DNA of 64,000 bases, taken from the NCBI RefSeq assembly GCF_035594765.1, contig NC_085844.1:193828107-193892106 (forward strand). The letters run 5' to 3'. A program made the translations under genes and the position numbers. The stretch comes from Anolis carolinensis (Eukaryota). How positions within the stretch are numbered: position 1 is the first letter of the stretch; every line of letters starts with the position of its first letter. Below the pieces are notes generated by a model that ran no database searches, was not told the DNA's origin, and saw only the letters and a program-made list of their open reading frames with translations. Positions 14,305 to 27,706 of the stretch are shown here, piece by piece.

Positions 14305-14990
14305 CAGACATGGGCAAACTAAGGCTCGGGGGCCGGATGCGGCCCCCTGGGCGCTTACCTCGGGCCCTCCTCATTTTCCCTGTCCTCTTGTCATAAGGAC
14401 ACAGTGTCCTGCCACATCCTAATGCCAAAAAGATGGGGGAGGAGAGCCCTCTGGAGTTCTCTCAGCTACCGTGTGTCTCACCCTCCTCCCAGCATACGGA
14501 TGGTACGAGTGACCCCATCTTTATGCCGGGAGGATGGCTTGAGGAAGGCACATAGCAGCTTAGAGCCCTCTGAAGCGTTCTCAGCCACCATGTGTCTCTC
14601 CCTCCTCCCGGCATAAGGATGGTATGAGCAACCCCATTCTTATGCCAGGAGGACGGTTTGAGGAAGGCACGCGGCAGCTGACAGCCCTCCAGAGCACACT
14701 CAGCCACCGCCTGTCTCACTCTTCTCTCAGCATAATGCAAGAGGACAGCCCAAGGATCAGTGGAGGAGGATGGGAAGGTGGATTGGGGCAGTCGCTGCGT
14801 GTCCTGCCTTCCTCCCAACGTAAGGATGGGGCAAGCAGCCCCAGCCCTGCCCTGCCCCCTCCTGGCCCCATCCTTTCCTGGGCCCTCCCCACCCAGTGTG
14901 AGCCTGGCTCCTCTTCCTCCTGGCTCTGCCCTTCTGGCCAGGCCCACAATGCAGCCCCATGCCTACTCTAGGCCAACATGTGTTTGAGAC
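14305..14990 (+). mobile_element. hAT-type non-autonomous element with internal ~119-bp tandem repeats
   Basis: Left end cagacatgggcaaact...ggccggatgcggccc (hAT/Charlie-like); GC-rich repeat units start near 14462, 14581 and 14700; right end not resolved. Confidence 0.65.
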
Positions 14991-17138
14991 CTTTGCTTTC
15001 CCACTTCTTGTTTCTGATCAATTAGGGAAAACAGCCATTTCACAGAATTGTAGGGTTGAGACTACAAAGGCCATCTAGTCAGAAAGAAGATATGCTTGAT
15101 GCTTGGTAAGAAAATGTCCAACTTTATAAGAATTGCAATTGCGTATGTGCATGGATATGCACATGTGTAAATACATGTATAACCCCCAGCATATCTCATA
15201 TGCAATTTCTAGAGCTCAATATATTATCCACCCATCCAAGAATTTAAGCTAGTCAAACTGTCACATCACTTTCAAAACATTTTACAAAGATCTCAGAGAT
15301 CTTTGCAAACTCTTTGAGGGCAGACTGCTTACTTGTAATTGGTGTCACCTGTACATTCACACACATTGGTTGCACCATCAGGAGGAAAGCAGGTCAGCTG
15401 TCAAAACACTCAGTTTTCCCAAAGACTTCAAGGATGATCGGAACAGGTGCAGAGCCATGAAAGTGAAGCACTGAGACCATAAAAACTTTAAAAATCTGGA
15501 GATCTTAGGCAATTCTGTAGTATCTAACAGAATATCAGTATTTATGGTAAAATTCACTACAACACCACAACTATTACAAGAAACATACTTGGCACAGGGT
15601 ATTTTATTGCTATTTTAACAGCTGAAACACAATTGTTAGTTTTTACAATAAAAGTCCTACATCAAAACACTTTTGATGCTTTTCTATTCAGCATCAACTG
15701 CACTTGCTCCATGGCCCTTTCTAAATATATTAGCAGCCCAATTTCATTGGAGGGAAGGAAAACTTCTTTCAACATTATTTTTCAATAGAAGAGTACTTCC
15801 TTGGAGACAGCTACTGTTTAAAGCACTCTTCTGATTACATTCTAAGGAAACCTGCTGGAACAAGAAGCCTCCTTCATTTTCTTGGCTAGGAAAGAATGAA
15901 AGTCTATTATACACCTGTCTTGGCCAAAAAGAAATAAAAATGTGATAGGCTTAAATGCTTTAGGACTGTGTGCTCCAACACCACCCTACAATCTAATCAA
16001 TCAAGTTTGGATACACAAGGAAAATCCTCCAGTAGTTCCTCAATGGAGAATCAAAGAGCAGTTAAGAAAGGACAAAAGGTACAAAAAAGATTTATCAGAT
16101 ATGATTTTTCTCAGCAATAAAAGGATGAGAAGACTGTTTTAAGCAGTTATTCAGTAAAAGTCAAAGCAATTATCTAATCAGTTAAACATCAGACACATTT
16201 GATTTCAAATGGCGTGAGGTAACTACATGCTTAACACATTTATTTAATTTATTATTTAAATAACACAACTCATGCCTGAAAGGGCTGTGCGAAACTTCAA
16301 TGTCCCACTGAACAAAACTTCCGGCATAACATCTCCACATATTCTAGGACAGACTTTCAACTTTACATACAAACATATTGGATTTCTCAACTCACTGTAA
16401 GGACACAACCAGGAATTGGAGCCTAATACTCACTTCACTCCCATGACCTGTCAGCAAAGTGATCAAATGGCAGAGAGAATGAAGGAGGGAGAGGAACCTC
16501 TAGAATAACTCAATAGTAAATGATATAAGTACAGGAAAAATAAGAGAACTAGTAGTTCTGAGGCCATAATTGAATTTATGAAATGGGAAAGGATACCTTA
16601 CCCTTCAAAATTAGAAAGAAAAATCTGTGGAATATTGTAGAGAAATGAACTGGCTAAACCACCTCAATAGTAATTTTTGCCTAATAAAACCCTACAAAAT
16701 CTATGGGATCACTATAAATTGACAAGCAACCTGAAGGCATATGCATGCATACCCACCCCCCTAATAGTATTTCTTAAAAGAGTGAGAAAGAATTTGGAAT
16801 CCAATTTATTCAAGAAGCTTTCCAATTAACATTTTACACATGACCAACTTTACCACTGCTGTTTCCTTTTAGCTAAATTCACTGCCAATGCTAAATGGCT
16901 GCTATTCTGGCAAAAAAAAAACTGCTAAGAATAACAGTACTAGAAAAAAAAAACCAGGGCAATGTGCTTATATCCCTAGGAAGCTTCATTGCACACACAC
17001 AAACACCGAGAGAACAGAGGTGCTTTCCTTATTTTTGAAGAGCAATCAACTTGCAGCATGATGTTCCATCTGAATGAAGAAAATGCTGATAGATCTGTTG
17101 TTCCCTTGTTCTTAAAAGCCATATAGTATCCAATAAGA

Positions 17139-17267
17139 CAGGCATGGACAAACTTTGGCCCTCCAGGTGTTTAAAGCTTCAACTCCCACAATTCCTAACA
17201 GCCTACTGACTGTTATTGTGAGAGTTGAAATCAAAACACCTGGAGGGCCAAAGTTTGCCCATGCTTG
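17139..17267. mobile_element. hAT MITE
   Basis: TIRs caggcatggacaaact / agtttgcccatgcttg; 8-bp TSD caataaga/caacaaga. Confidence 0.88.
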
Positions 17268-19142
17268 CAACAAGAACATATAATTCTTTGGAAAAGCACC
17301 AAGACCCACCTAATGATTTCAAGGGTCTTAACGTCTGACAGAACATTTTAGGCACGGTATTTCTTATACAACATTTTTCCAACCCTATAAATGTTGACAG
17401 CTAAAAAATGAAATATTTCTCTAATATCAACACTTTTTCATTTTTGTCCCTGAGACACATACATCTAAATCAAGATGAAGAGAAATAGCTCAGACCAGTA
17501 ATCATGTAACCAGTCACTAACATTTGTGAACTTATTTACAAACAATGATCCTAGTTTGCTTGATGTGGGATTATGGTTTGTCCTCAGTGAAAGATATCCA
17601 GTGTTACATCATTATCCCTTGAGCTTTCACTGTTTCTTTTTCAAAAAAGGCACCACTTGTAATGAGTGACAATTAACCATATTAATGACAATACAAAACA
17701 CAATCTTCCAAAATTATTTTATTGTCAAAACTGAGAAGCTGGCTAAAAAAGTGAAAGCATCTCTCATGACTTTTTGAAACACTCTTGATGACCCACCGGG
17801 AAATAATAAGAACATATATTGAAAACCCCAAAACAGGGTTGCCTTAGGATTCCATAAGCCAGAAAGAACTTGAAAGCACACTTTTTTTTTTCATTAGTAA
17901 GAGAGCTATGTCAACCCTGGAGATCATAATTATACTTTCAAATATTTCTACATACATAAATCTACCATAAAGTACCACCAACACCAAATCTATCACAAAA
18001 CACAATACCCCAGGGCATGAAGAGAAATAGTGTTTAGCATTAACCCCAAGAGGATTTGGGATTGGCTCCATCAAGCACAAAGGCACTCCTCTAATTTGGA
18101 AGCCTCTGCAAAAAGCAAACCATTTGCAATTTTCCTCCAGCATCCATCTCAATAATTATTTTGTATGAACAGAGAGTAGACCTGCAAAAACACAGCAATT
18201 CAGAAGATGACTATGAATTCTGATTGAGATTTTTTTTAAAGTGGGGAGTTAAAACTACTTATATGTTCACGAGGTAATGCAGCATAGCATTACCTTTTGA
18301 GCAAATGCATAGCTGCATTTGCTCAAAAGGAACTTCGAATTCTTCTAGTCTGTTACTGCATGATGACAATAGTGCATGATCAAGGAATGGCATTTCTAAG
18401 AACAGGATGATGATCATTATGAGACTGAGGGAAAAACTGTTAAACATCATGAACTAAGTGTCGAGCATGCAGTTCTGGCAATGACTGAAAAAGAATAAAG
18501 AGGGATTCTTTTTGCTTTTAACACATGCCCACAACAAAATAATTCCAAGACCAGTGGTATGGGTTGGAAAGCTCCCCAGATCTGTATAATTTCCAAAATG
18601 TTATTTTGCAAAGGCCTTTATCCGAAATACTCAGTGACCACAAAAAAGCTGATAAAAAACAACTGGCTACTAATCCTTTCATCTTATTTATTTGGATGTT
18701 CTAATGTGTATTAAAGCTCTTTCAAAACAGCAAAAACCACAACCCTATGGTGAGCACAGAATACCAATTTAGAAACTGAGATCCTGCATGGTGCATGTGG
18801 AACGTAACATGCACCAGTCTGTGCCTCCCTACATACTGGCCAAGCCATGCGGCTCTGTTCTTACAGTTGTAGAGATGGGAAGAGAGAAGGAGTGAGAGAG
18901 TATAGGAAGGACCTCTCATCTCAGCGCAAGGGATAGAGAACAGCTCTTTCTGCTATACACATATACAGGCATAGTGTATTCCATAGCAGTAAGCCATGGA
19001 AATTCAAAAGGTATCAAACTACATTTATTTTACAATGCAGATGGATCCGTAGTCACCATAAGGTCTACTACTATAAGGGTCAGTCAAGATTTTTAAAAGT
19101 GTACCATCTCATCATAAAGATCCTGCTACTCTAAAACATACT

Positions 19143-19277
19143 GAGTGGTTCTCAACCTGGAGTCCCCAGATGATTTTGGCCTTCGACTCCCAGAAATCCT
19201 AACAGCTGGAAAACTGGCTGGGATTTCTGAGAGTTGTAGGCCAAAAACATCTGGGGAAACTAGGTTGAGAACCACTG
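19143..19277. mobile_element. SPIN-like hAT MITE
   Basis: gtggttctcaacct...aggttgagaaccactg; same family as the copies at 24062, 24313, 26012 and 41269. Confidence 0.85.
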
Positions 19278-19846
19278 ATCTACAGGGAGCTGTGTGAAGG
19301 ACAGAAAATCACACCCTCCCTATTCTCCAGAGAAAAGTGCACCCCTCGGTGGAATGACACTGTATGATACTAGACTTGTTCAGAAAACCTTAAATTTAAG
19401 CTCCTTTTCAATATACATCTCTAAAAGAACAGATGGTAAAGCATTATGCACAATTATTTCTCATCTGCAACCCAGTGAATTATGTCAGAAAAAAGTCTTA
19501 TTTGGAAAAATAGAGGCATCCAGGACACTCACTGACAACACAGTATATTTTTCCTCCTGTGACAAAAGACCCAGGAATCACCACAAAGGTTTTGCTGACC
19601 TTTTAGTTGTAATATCAGCTTCCCATTTCTAATATGAAAGAGTAAACATTTTGATCACCCTGTCCAACTGTTCTAGTTAAGACTATGGTCGCTTTGAAAA
19701 CTGGACACAAGCACTAGTCTGAAATATGTTTTGTTCCCCTCACATATTTATTTATTTATAACATTTACTAGCTGTGCCCGGCCATGCGTTGCTGTGGTGA
19801 AGTATGGTGGTATGGGAAATAAAGCATTGAGGAATTAGTGGTAGTT

Positions 19847-20172
19847 AAGGTAAAGGGTAATGGTTTTCCCCGGACGTTAAATCCAGTCGTGTCTGACTCT
19901 GGGGGTTGGTGCTTATCTCCATTTCTAAGCCGAAGAGCCAGCGTTGTCTGTAGACTCCTCCAAGGTTATGTGGCATGACTGCATGGAGCACCGTTACCTT
20001 CCCGCCGGAGCAATACCTATTCATCTACTCTCATCTGCATGTTTTTGAACTTTAGGGTTGGTAGAAGCTGGGGCTAACAGTGGGGGCTCTCTCCGCTCCC
20101 CCAATTCAAACCTGCGACCTTTCAGTCCAGAAGTTCAGCAGCTCAGTGCTTTAATATGCTGCGCCATCAGGG
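19847..20172 (-). mobile_element. Sauria SINE
   Basis: (ACCTTT)n tail and body similar to 25477-25808. Confidence 0.85.
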
Positions 20173-20684
20173 GATATTATTTCCTAAAGCTTGTGAATAT
20201 ACAATATTTCTGATTGTTGTTTTTTTGTCTGTTGGAGGCAAGTATGAATGCTGAAATTAGGCAAAATGATTAGCATGTAATGGCCTTGCAGCTTTAAAGC
20301 CTGGCTGTTTCCTCCCTGAGTGAATTTTATGTTGGGAGATGTTAGCTGGCCCTGATTGTTTCCTGTCTGGAATTCCCTTGTTTTCAAAGTGGTGTACTTT
20401 GTGATATTTTATGTGCTTCTACTGTCTGTGGCCCTCAGAAAACAGAGGATTTGTCAGACTTTGGTGATGGGAATAGTTTGTTGGGAAGTGTTAGCTGGCC
20501 CTGATTGTTTCCTGTGTGGAATTCCCCTGTTTTCAGAGTGTTGTTCTTTATTTAGTGTTCTGATTTAAGAGATTGTATTGTTCTGTTTTATTATACCACA
20601 GTAATTTTTATATATTCTGATTTTAGTGTTTTTGAATACTTGGAGGCAGACTATATTCATTTTCACGGTTCACAGCAACATTAT

Positions 20685-20712
20685 AATGATGATGATGATG
20701 ATGATGATGATA
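20685..20712. repeat. (GAT)n microsatellite
   Basis: Direct reading. Confidence 0.85.
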
Positions 20713-20922
20713 ACGACGACTTTGTAATACACACTGCTTCACTCTCTTCTCAGCTTCCTTTCTGGAAGAATCCTTTCTTGGGAGGTGTTAGCTGGCCCTG
20801 ATTGTTTCCTTTCTGGAATTCCCAATTTCCCTGCTTTCAGAGTGTTGTTCTTTATTTACTGTCCTGGTTTTTAGAGATTATATTGTTCTGTATTATTCTA
20901 CCACAGTAATTATTTCATATTA

Positions 20923-21246
20923 CAGTAGAATCTCACTTATCCAACACTCGCTTATCCAATGTTCTGGATTATCCAACGCATTTTTGTAGTCAATGTTTTC
21001 AATATATCATGATATTTTGGTGCTAAATTCGTAAATACAGTAATTACTACATAGTATTACTGCGCATTGAACTACTTTTTCGGTAAAATTTGTTGTATAA
21101 CATGATGTTTGGGTGCTTAATTTGTAAAATCATAACCTAAATTTGATGTTTAATAGGTGTTTCCTTAATCTCTCCTTATTATCCAACATATTCGCTTATC
21201 CAACGTTCTGCCGGCCCGTTTATGTTGGATAAGTGAGACTCTACTG
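20923..21246. mobile_element. Tc1/mariner (Tigger/pogo-like) MITE
   Basis: TA|cagtagaatctcacttatccaac...gttggataagtgagactctactg|TA. Confidence 0.9.
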
Positions 21247-24061
21247 TATTCCTTTCTCTGATTAGAGTGGCAAAAGCTTAGTCTGCCTCAAGAGAATCTG
21301 AAGGATGCACCAAATTATTTCACTCTCTATTGCTGGCATCACTTCTTGACTTTTGAATGCCTGATACCGCAGCCTGGGGCAACTCACCCTAAAACTGTAT
21401 TGGTGATTTTCCCCTTTCTGCAGAATGACCACTGACTAATCTACAGATCGTATCAAAATGCAAAACAAGGTCAACTTATACACAAGTATATATAGTACTT
21501 CTAAATTGCCTTTAATCTTACCAATAGTTTGATTATATTTTTACTTCTTCATGTTTTAACTTCTGTAAGCTGCTTTGACTCCCAGATCTTGGGAAAAGAG
21601 GTTATAAAATGAAATACTGTATGTTTCGTACCCACTGAGAGTATCTAGCTGTAAGCTCCAGCAATCTTACTTCCTATATCACCAAGATGGTTTGCAGGGA
21701 GAAAGAGGGAACAACAGTCTTTGGGTCTCTGCTGTTCTGCAGCTCTATCATGCAGATCGTCCAGCAGGTGTACTGCAAACTTCAGTCTAGCATGATGAGG
21801 TAACTGTGGAAGCCAGCAAAACATTTATCTGGCAATATACAGCTTGTAACAACTCAGTTTCAACTGCTCTGGATTGCTAGGAGATTGGCCTGAACCAACT
21901 GAAATGTCTGTATAGATGACCCCATAATGGAAGACATTTACTTTGATGTTCAAGTAAATTGTGCAGTGTAATACTAAGAAAGTGTACTACTGCATTATTT
22001 ACTTAGGACTCCTGGGAAGTTTTTAATTCTAATCTCAGCTCAACTATGAAGTCATTATGTAGCCAAAGGTAAGCTGCTCTTTTTTAGCCTCAGCTTCCAA
22101 GGTGCAGTATGGGGATAAAAAAACTTGACCTACTTTAGATATTTATTGTAAGGATTAACAAAACAGTGTTCAAAAGTGTTTTGAATACACCAGTCTATTA
22201 TAAAATATTTGAATGAAACAAGATCTCATTGGAATCACATTCTTTTATCAGAAATATAATCTAATTTGGCATAAAATACAGTATTCTAAATATGTTCTGC
22301 CTTAAGAAAGAACAATTTAAATTCATATTCCTTTCAGTTTATGTATATTTATATAATTGGTCCATATGACCCAGTCTAAATCAAAACCACTTTCAAGCTA
22401 CTTTAATGGCAATTTTTGGTAAATAGTTCATCCCTTTTCTCCCAGTTTTTTTTAATAAATCCAAAATCAGATTTCTTTCTGCCATGTCATATGATGTGCT
22501 TGGTTAAGCATGCCAAAACTAGACCTTAGCCAAATCCCATACCATAGCATGCCACACCAGTTCATATCAGAATCCATTATTTTAAATCTTTCATTTGGCA
22601 TGCTTTCTTTATTTGGGAGAAGAGAGGTTCTTTCCCATCACCATGTTGAGCTCTCTTATTTTCTTAATTACTCTTTTAGAATAAACTTCTCCTACATTGA
22701 ACTGAGTCATTTATGCAGCTCTAGAAACTGAGACAATTTTATGTTCTCTATTACTCTCACATGACCTTATAAACTAACAGTCTATTTACATCTTGAATAG
22801 CATTCTATGTATGGAGCCACTGTAACTTCTGTTTTAGCAATAACAGCTAATAAAACAAACAGACAATTCCCATTGCTCTTTTCAAAAACTCTGGTGACTG
22901 CCACTTCATTGGTATCACTCTCCTTTAGGCTGCAATCCTAAATGTGCATGCATTTGCCCATATTTACTTGAACATAAACTCCAACAGAAAATTGCAGAGC
23001 TCACTGCAGAATGTCTGTGCACAGAATTACATTGCACACTTTCTATATGTACAAACCAAAGGTAAGATGATCAAGTCCTGGTGAATCACTTCCTTTTCAT
23101 ATATAAGAGTAAGTTATTGGTTCACCTGTCCTTACTTCCCTTGAGTATTTAATCACAGTATCAAAAAGTTAGAAGGTGTCCCAAGAGCTATTCAATCCAA
23201 TCACCTACAAGTACAAAAAAGCACAACTAAACTATTCCTGGTATTTCCAAAAAATGTCAAGTAGTTTGGCACTTCCAAAAGCTTCAGGTCCTGCACATCT
23301 AGAAGACTAGACCATTTTAAACCAACATTTACCTTTATTTCCACATTAACTAGTCCTAGGAGATGAATACTTTCTCTAGGAAAGCAGCCTTCAAGATGTA
23401 AAAATCCTTTAAGCTAGTCACACCTTAGATAAAATTACTGCAGATTATTTGTAGGCAGGCTTGACTTCATCTTTAATTGAAAGTGATTTCTGGCAGTGAG
23501 CCTCCTTACTTCTAATAAGGTTCATCTCCTTTCCTACCTTAAGAAAGTCTGGATTGCTCTTATTAAAATTTTATATAATGAAAACTTGTCCATCTGAAAA
23601 AAGAGAGGAAAAACAACCCAGATTTTTTTTTCTTGTGTTAGTCAGTAACCAATAAACACTATATACATTGCATAGCTCCAGGACAGGCAGAGAAACAGCG
23701 CTTACACAGTGCTTCGGACAAAGTTCTCTTCCTCAAAAGATGTTGTGATCACCAGAGCAAATCATGTACACAGGAAGCTACCAAATAGGTGTGTGGCATT
23801 CATATACACTTCTTGCCTAGAAACAGACTCCTGTTTTCATATTTTTAACCAGAAAACACCTGTTACACTCTTACAAACTGCATCATATAACTAAAACTAA
23901 CCAGCTATATAGCCATTACATCTTACAAATCTAAAACAAACACACTAAGCTAACCCATACCTACACTAACATATGCATACTAAACATACAACTACAGAAA
24001 CAATTCTATGAACCTCACTCACTGTTGATTTTTACCCCTTATTGTTTTACTCCCTTTAGAC

Positions 24062-24197
24062 CAGTGGTTCTCAACATGGGGGTCCCCAGACGTTTTTGGC
24101 CTTCAACTCCCAAAAAGCCTAACAGCTGGTAAACTGGCTGAGATTTCTGGGAGTTGTAGGCCAAAAACATCTGGGGACCCCACATTGAGAACCACTG
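24062..24197. mobile_element. SPIN-like hAT MITE
   Basis: cagtggttctcaa...ttgagaaccactg; degenerate TSD ctttagac/ttttagat. Confidence 0.88.
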
Positions 24198-24312
24198 TTT
24201 TAGATGTACTGTATAACCACATTTCTACTTTTTAAAAAATCCTCTGATTCATCAATCAAAGAATTGACATTTGACCCATCAATAATTCAAGAAGGATATT
24301 GACAGGCTAGAA

Positions 24313-24447
24313 CAGTGGTTCTCAACCTGTGAGTCCCCAGATGTTTTGGTCTTCAACTCTCAGAAATCCTAAGAGCTGGTAAACTGGCTAGGATTTCTGA
24401 GAGTTGTAAGCCAAAACACCTGGGGACCCACAGGTTGAGAACCACTG
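24313..24447. mobile_element. SPIN-like hAT MITE
   Basis: TIRs cagtggttctcaacctgtg / cacaggttgagaaccactg; perfect TSD ggctagaa. Confidence 0.92.
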
Positions 24448-25114
24448 GGCTAGAACATAATTCAAGAAGGATATTACAGGCTAGAATATGTCCAGAGAAG
24501 AGTGACCAAAATGATCGAAAGTTTGTTGTATAGCTGCTGCTGTTTGAAGCTAGCTCGGAACTGCACTAAATGGTCAATGTAGATGGGACCTCAGATTTAA
24601 TATGAAGTGCTCACTTCTACCAGATTGTAGTTCCAAGTCAGTCCTGCTGGTTTGATAGATGTCCATGCCACTCTTAGCTGGGACAATAAGACTGGAGATT
24701 AACTAGAACCCAATAGTGCTTGATCACAGAATCATAAGATTGGAAGAGACCAGAAGAGCCATTCATACAGAACAAAGCACCCCACCAGATGGCATTCAAG
24801 CCTCTGTTTAAAAACCTCCAGAGAAGGAGATTCTACTACCTTGCGAGGCAGTATATTCCACTGCCGAACAGCTCTTACCATTAGGAAGTTCTTCCTCAAA
24901 TATAGGTAGAATCTCTTTTTCTGGAATTGGAATCCACTGCACTATGTCCTAGTCTCCAAAGCAGCAGAAAACAAGCTTCCCACCTCTTCTATGTACCCAG
25001 TTCCCCTCAGCAGTTTCTCACAGGGCTTGGCTTCCAAAACTTCAATCGTTGTGGTCACCCTTCTCTGGAAACATTTCATCTATGTCCTTCATGAACTGTG
25101 GTGGCCAGAACTGA

Positions 25115-25305
25115 ACCACAACTGGGCAACTTGGAAGCCCCTGAACAGACTCAGAAGTGGAGCTGGCAGATCAAAAGACAATCTGGCAAAATGGCACTAC
25201 CTAGAAGAAACCTTCACCTTGTGCAACTGTAACGCAGAACACCTGGAGGGCCCAGATACTCAGCATCTGTATGCTAGCCCACAATGCCCAGCCTCATGCC
25301 CAGAG
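25115..25305 (+). mobile_element. Vingi/Ingi-like LINE 3' fragment
   Basis: WATWKPLNRLRSGAGRSKDNLAKWHYL...CNC...QHLYASPQCPASC in ORF 24991..25317. Confidence 0.65.
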
Positions 25306-25476
25306 TACTCCAGATGACCAAAGCAGAATAGAATGGAACAATGACTTCCCTAGATCTTGACACTACACAACCTAAAATCACTGTGGCTTTTTAGTTGCCG
25401 CAGCACATTGTTCACTCAGGTTCCGTTTGTGGTCTACTAAGACTCCTAGATCTCTTTCACATGCTGTCACCCACCC

Positions 25477-25808
25477 AAGGTAAAGGTAAAGGTTTCCCCT
25501 GACGTTAAGTCCAGTTACGTCTGACTCTGAGGGTTGGTGCTCATTTCCATTTCTAAGCTGAAGAGCCGGCGTTGTCTGTAGACCCCTCCAAGATCATGTG
25601 GCCGGCATGACTGCATGGAGCGCTGTTAACTTCCCGCCGGAGCGGTGCCTATTGATCTACTCACATTGGCATGTTTTCGAACTGCTAGGTTGGCAGAAGC
25701 TGGAGCTAACAGCGGGCGCTCACTCCGCTCCCGGGATTTGAACCTGGGACCTTTCGATCGGCAAGTTCAACAGCTCAGCGCTTTAACACACTTCGCCACC
25801 GGGGCTAC
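25477..25808 (-). mobile_element. Sauria SINE, full length
   Basis: tRNA-like head with B-box GGTTCAAATCC, (ACCTTT)n tail, 11-bp TSD gtcacccaccc (25466-25476 and 25809-25819). Confidence 0.92.
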
Positions 25809-26011
25809 GTCACCCACCCTACATCTGAGAATTTCATTTCTATTGCTTACATGTAGTAGCAAACATTTCTGTTGAAATTCATTTTGTTAGTTTTGGCCCA
25901 GTGGTCTAATTATCTGAATTCTGATTCTGTCCTTGGGAGTATTAGGTATCCCTCCCAATTTGGTGTCATCTACAAATTACAGAAGTATACTCTCTAAACT
26001 TTCATCTAAGT

Positions 26012-26146
26012 CAGTGGTTCTCAGCCTGTGGGTCCCCAGGTGTTTTGGCCTACAACTCTCAGAAATCCCAGCCAGTTTACCAGCTGTCAGGATTTCTGGG
26101 GGTTGAAGGCCAAAACATCTGGGGACTCACAAGTTGAGGACCACTG
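26012..26146. mobile_element. SPIN-like hAT MITE inserted in CR1
   Basis: TIRs plus perfect TSD atctaagt. Confidence 0.92.
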
Positions 26147-26655
26147 ATCTAAGTCATTAATAAAGATGTTGAACAGCACTGAGCCCACAACAAAACCCTG
26201 TGGCACCCCACTAGTCACTTCTCTCCAGGATGAAGAGGAACCATTGGTGAGCACCCTTTGGCTTCGGCCAGTCAACCAATTCCCAATCCACGTAACAGAA
26301 GCATTGCCTAGCCCACATTTTACTATCTTTGTGAGAATAACACGCAGGGATCTTGTCGAAGGCCTCACTGAAATCAAGATATGGTACATCCACAGCATTC
26401 CTTTTATCTACAAAGCTTGCAACTCTATAAAAAGAGGTAAGATTTTATGTTTGTATTTTATATTTTGGGATTCAGGATCAGGGATGCTCAAGCTGTACAA
26501 ATACCCCCAGGCAGGGTCACTTTGAGGCCCTTTCGACACTGCCATATAATGCAGCTTAAGTGCATTGAATTGGATATGTGTCTATTATTATTATATTTAC
26601 TTATACCCCACTTTATCTCCCCAAAAGGGACTCAAAGTGGCTACACTGCCATGTA

Positions 26656-27699
26656 CAGGCAGTTCCCAAGTTACGAACAAAATATGTTCTGTAGGTTTGT
26701 TCTTAAATTGAATATGTATGTTCAAGTCAGAAAAGGTACATTTTTAAAGTGTAGCTCCATCCAAAATGTATATATTGTAGATTCTGATTATATAAGGAAG
26801 GGGTATGGTTTGGGCCCTGCATATTTTCATGGCCGCATCCCCTCATGTACCTGCTTGAGTGTTATGATCTGCCAGGAGGGCCCTCCTCTCGGTCCCACCA
26901 CTGTCACAAGCGCAGTTGGTGGGGATGAGGGACAGGGCCTTCTTGGTGGTGGCCTCCCGGATTTGGACCGCCCTCCCCATGGAGATTAGGCAGGCCCCCA
27001 CACTGTCCTCCTTCCGTAAGGATTTGAAGACCTGGATGTTTAAACAAGTCTTTGAGAACATCTAGCCCGAATGGTCTACAATCAATGGGAGAGCACTGCA
27101 CTTTCATCCCATGCCCTGTTCCTTAGCAACATATTGCATTATCCCACTTCCTTGTCCTGCTTACAGTTTGGCCGTGTCTTACGGTAGTTCTCGGTCAGTC
27201 AGCCACCTTTATTTCAGTCAATAAACCATTGGTAGTTGTCACCATAGGTCATTGGGCGTTCTGAGTTTTAAATTGTTGTCTTTATACACTATTGTTATAT
27301 TTTATCATATTGTACTGTGTGTTTATTTTATTCTTTGACTTGGGGTACTTTACCTCCACCCCCCCAGGCCCAGCCGAGTCCCTTTGGGGAGATGGAGTCA
27401 GTGTATAAGAATAAAAGTTTTTATTAACACCCCTGTGGGGTTTGTTAGGCGGCCTGTGCCCCTGTTCGGAAGAATTCACCTCACTTTCTGTCCCGGTGAG
27501 AATGGGATTGGGGGGGGGGGGGGGGGAGGCTTGTTGTGGAAACCAGGATCGGTGATAAAAGTTTCAGTGGAAGCACCTTTTCCCCATGATAACTCTTTCA
27601 GGAGTTGATGTCCCCTTCCTAGGGGTAGATTTCTCTCACTTCCCGTTGTCTCACGCCTGTCCTTAACCAGAAGCCGCTTTATACCTCGGGGACTGCCTG
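26656..27699. mobile_element. Tc1/mariner (Tigger-like) non-autonomous element interrupted by an L2 3' fragment (~26800-27425, +)
   Basis: TA|caggcagttcccaag...ctcggggactgcctg|TA; same family as 47613-48072 and the fragment at ~2040-2140. Confidence 0.75.
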
Positions 27700-27706
27700 T
27701 AACTCA

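Larger units (their letters stand above)
19768..20920 (-). mobile_element. Helitron-like element (3' CTAG terminus at 19768) with TE fragments
   Basis: Minus strand ends ...ccacagcaacgcatggccgggcacagCTAG|T, i.e. a degenerate subterminal hairpin, CTAG and a following T; 5' end not located. Confidence 0.6.
24725..26440 (-). mobile_element. CR1 LINE fragment with nested insertions
   Basis: ORF 26087..26398 [13 protein letters not shown]...SGVPQG...[10 protein letters not shown]; CR1-type 3' end near 24725; interrupted by Vingi-like, SINE and MITE insertions. Confidence 0.88.

Noticed and set aside
14462-14987. Stacked ORFs of 67-161 aa
   Set aside because: By-product of GC-rich palindromic repeats within a transposon.
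20270-20900. Spaced direct repeats superficially like a CRISPR array
   Set aside because: Eukaryotic context, irregular spacing, and the repeats match Penelope 3' sequence at ~50050-50150.
26447-26989. 180-aa + strand ORF
   Set aside because: Runs across unrelated MITE, Tigger-like and L2 fragments.
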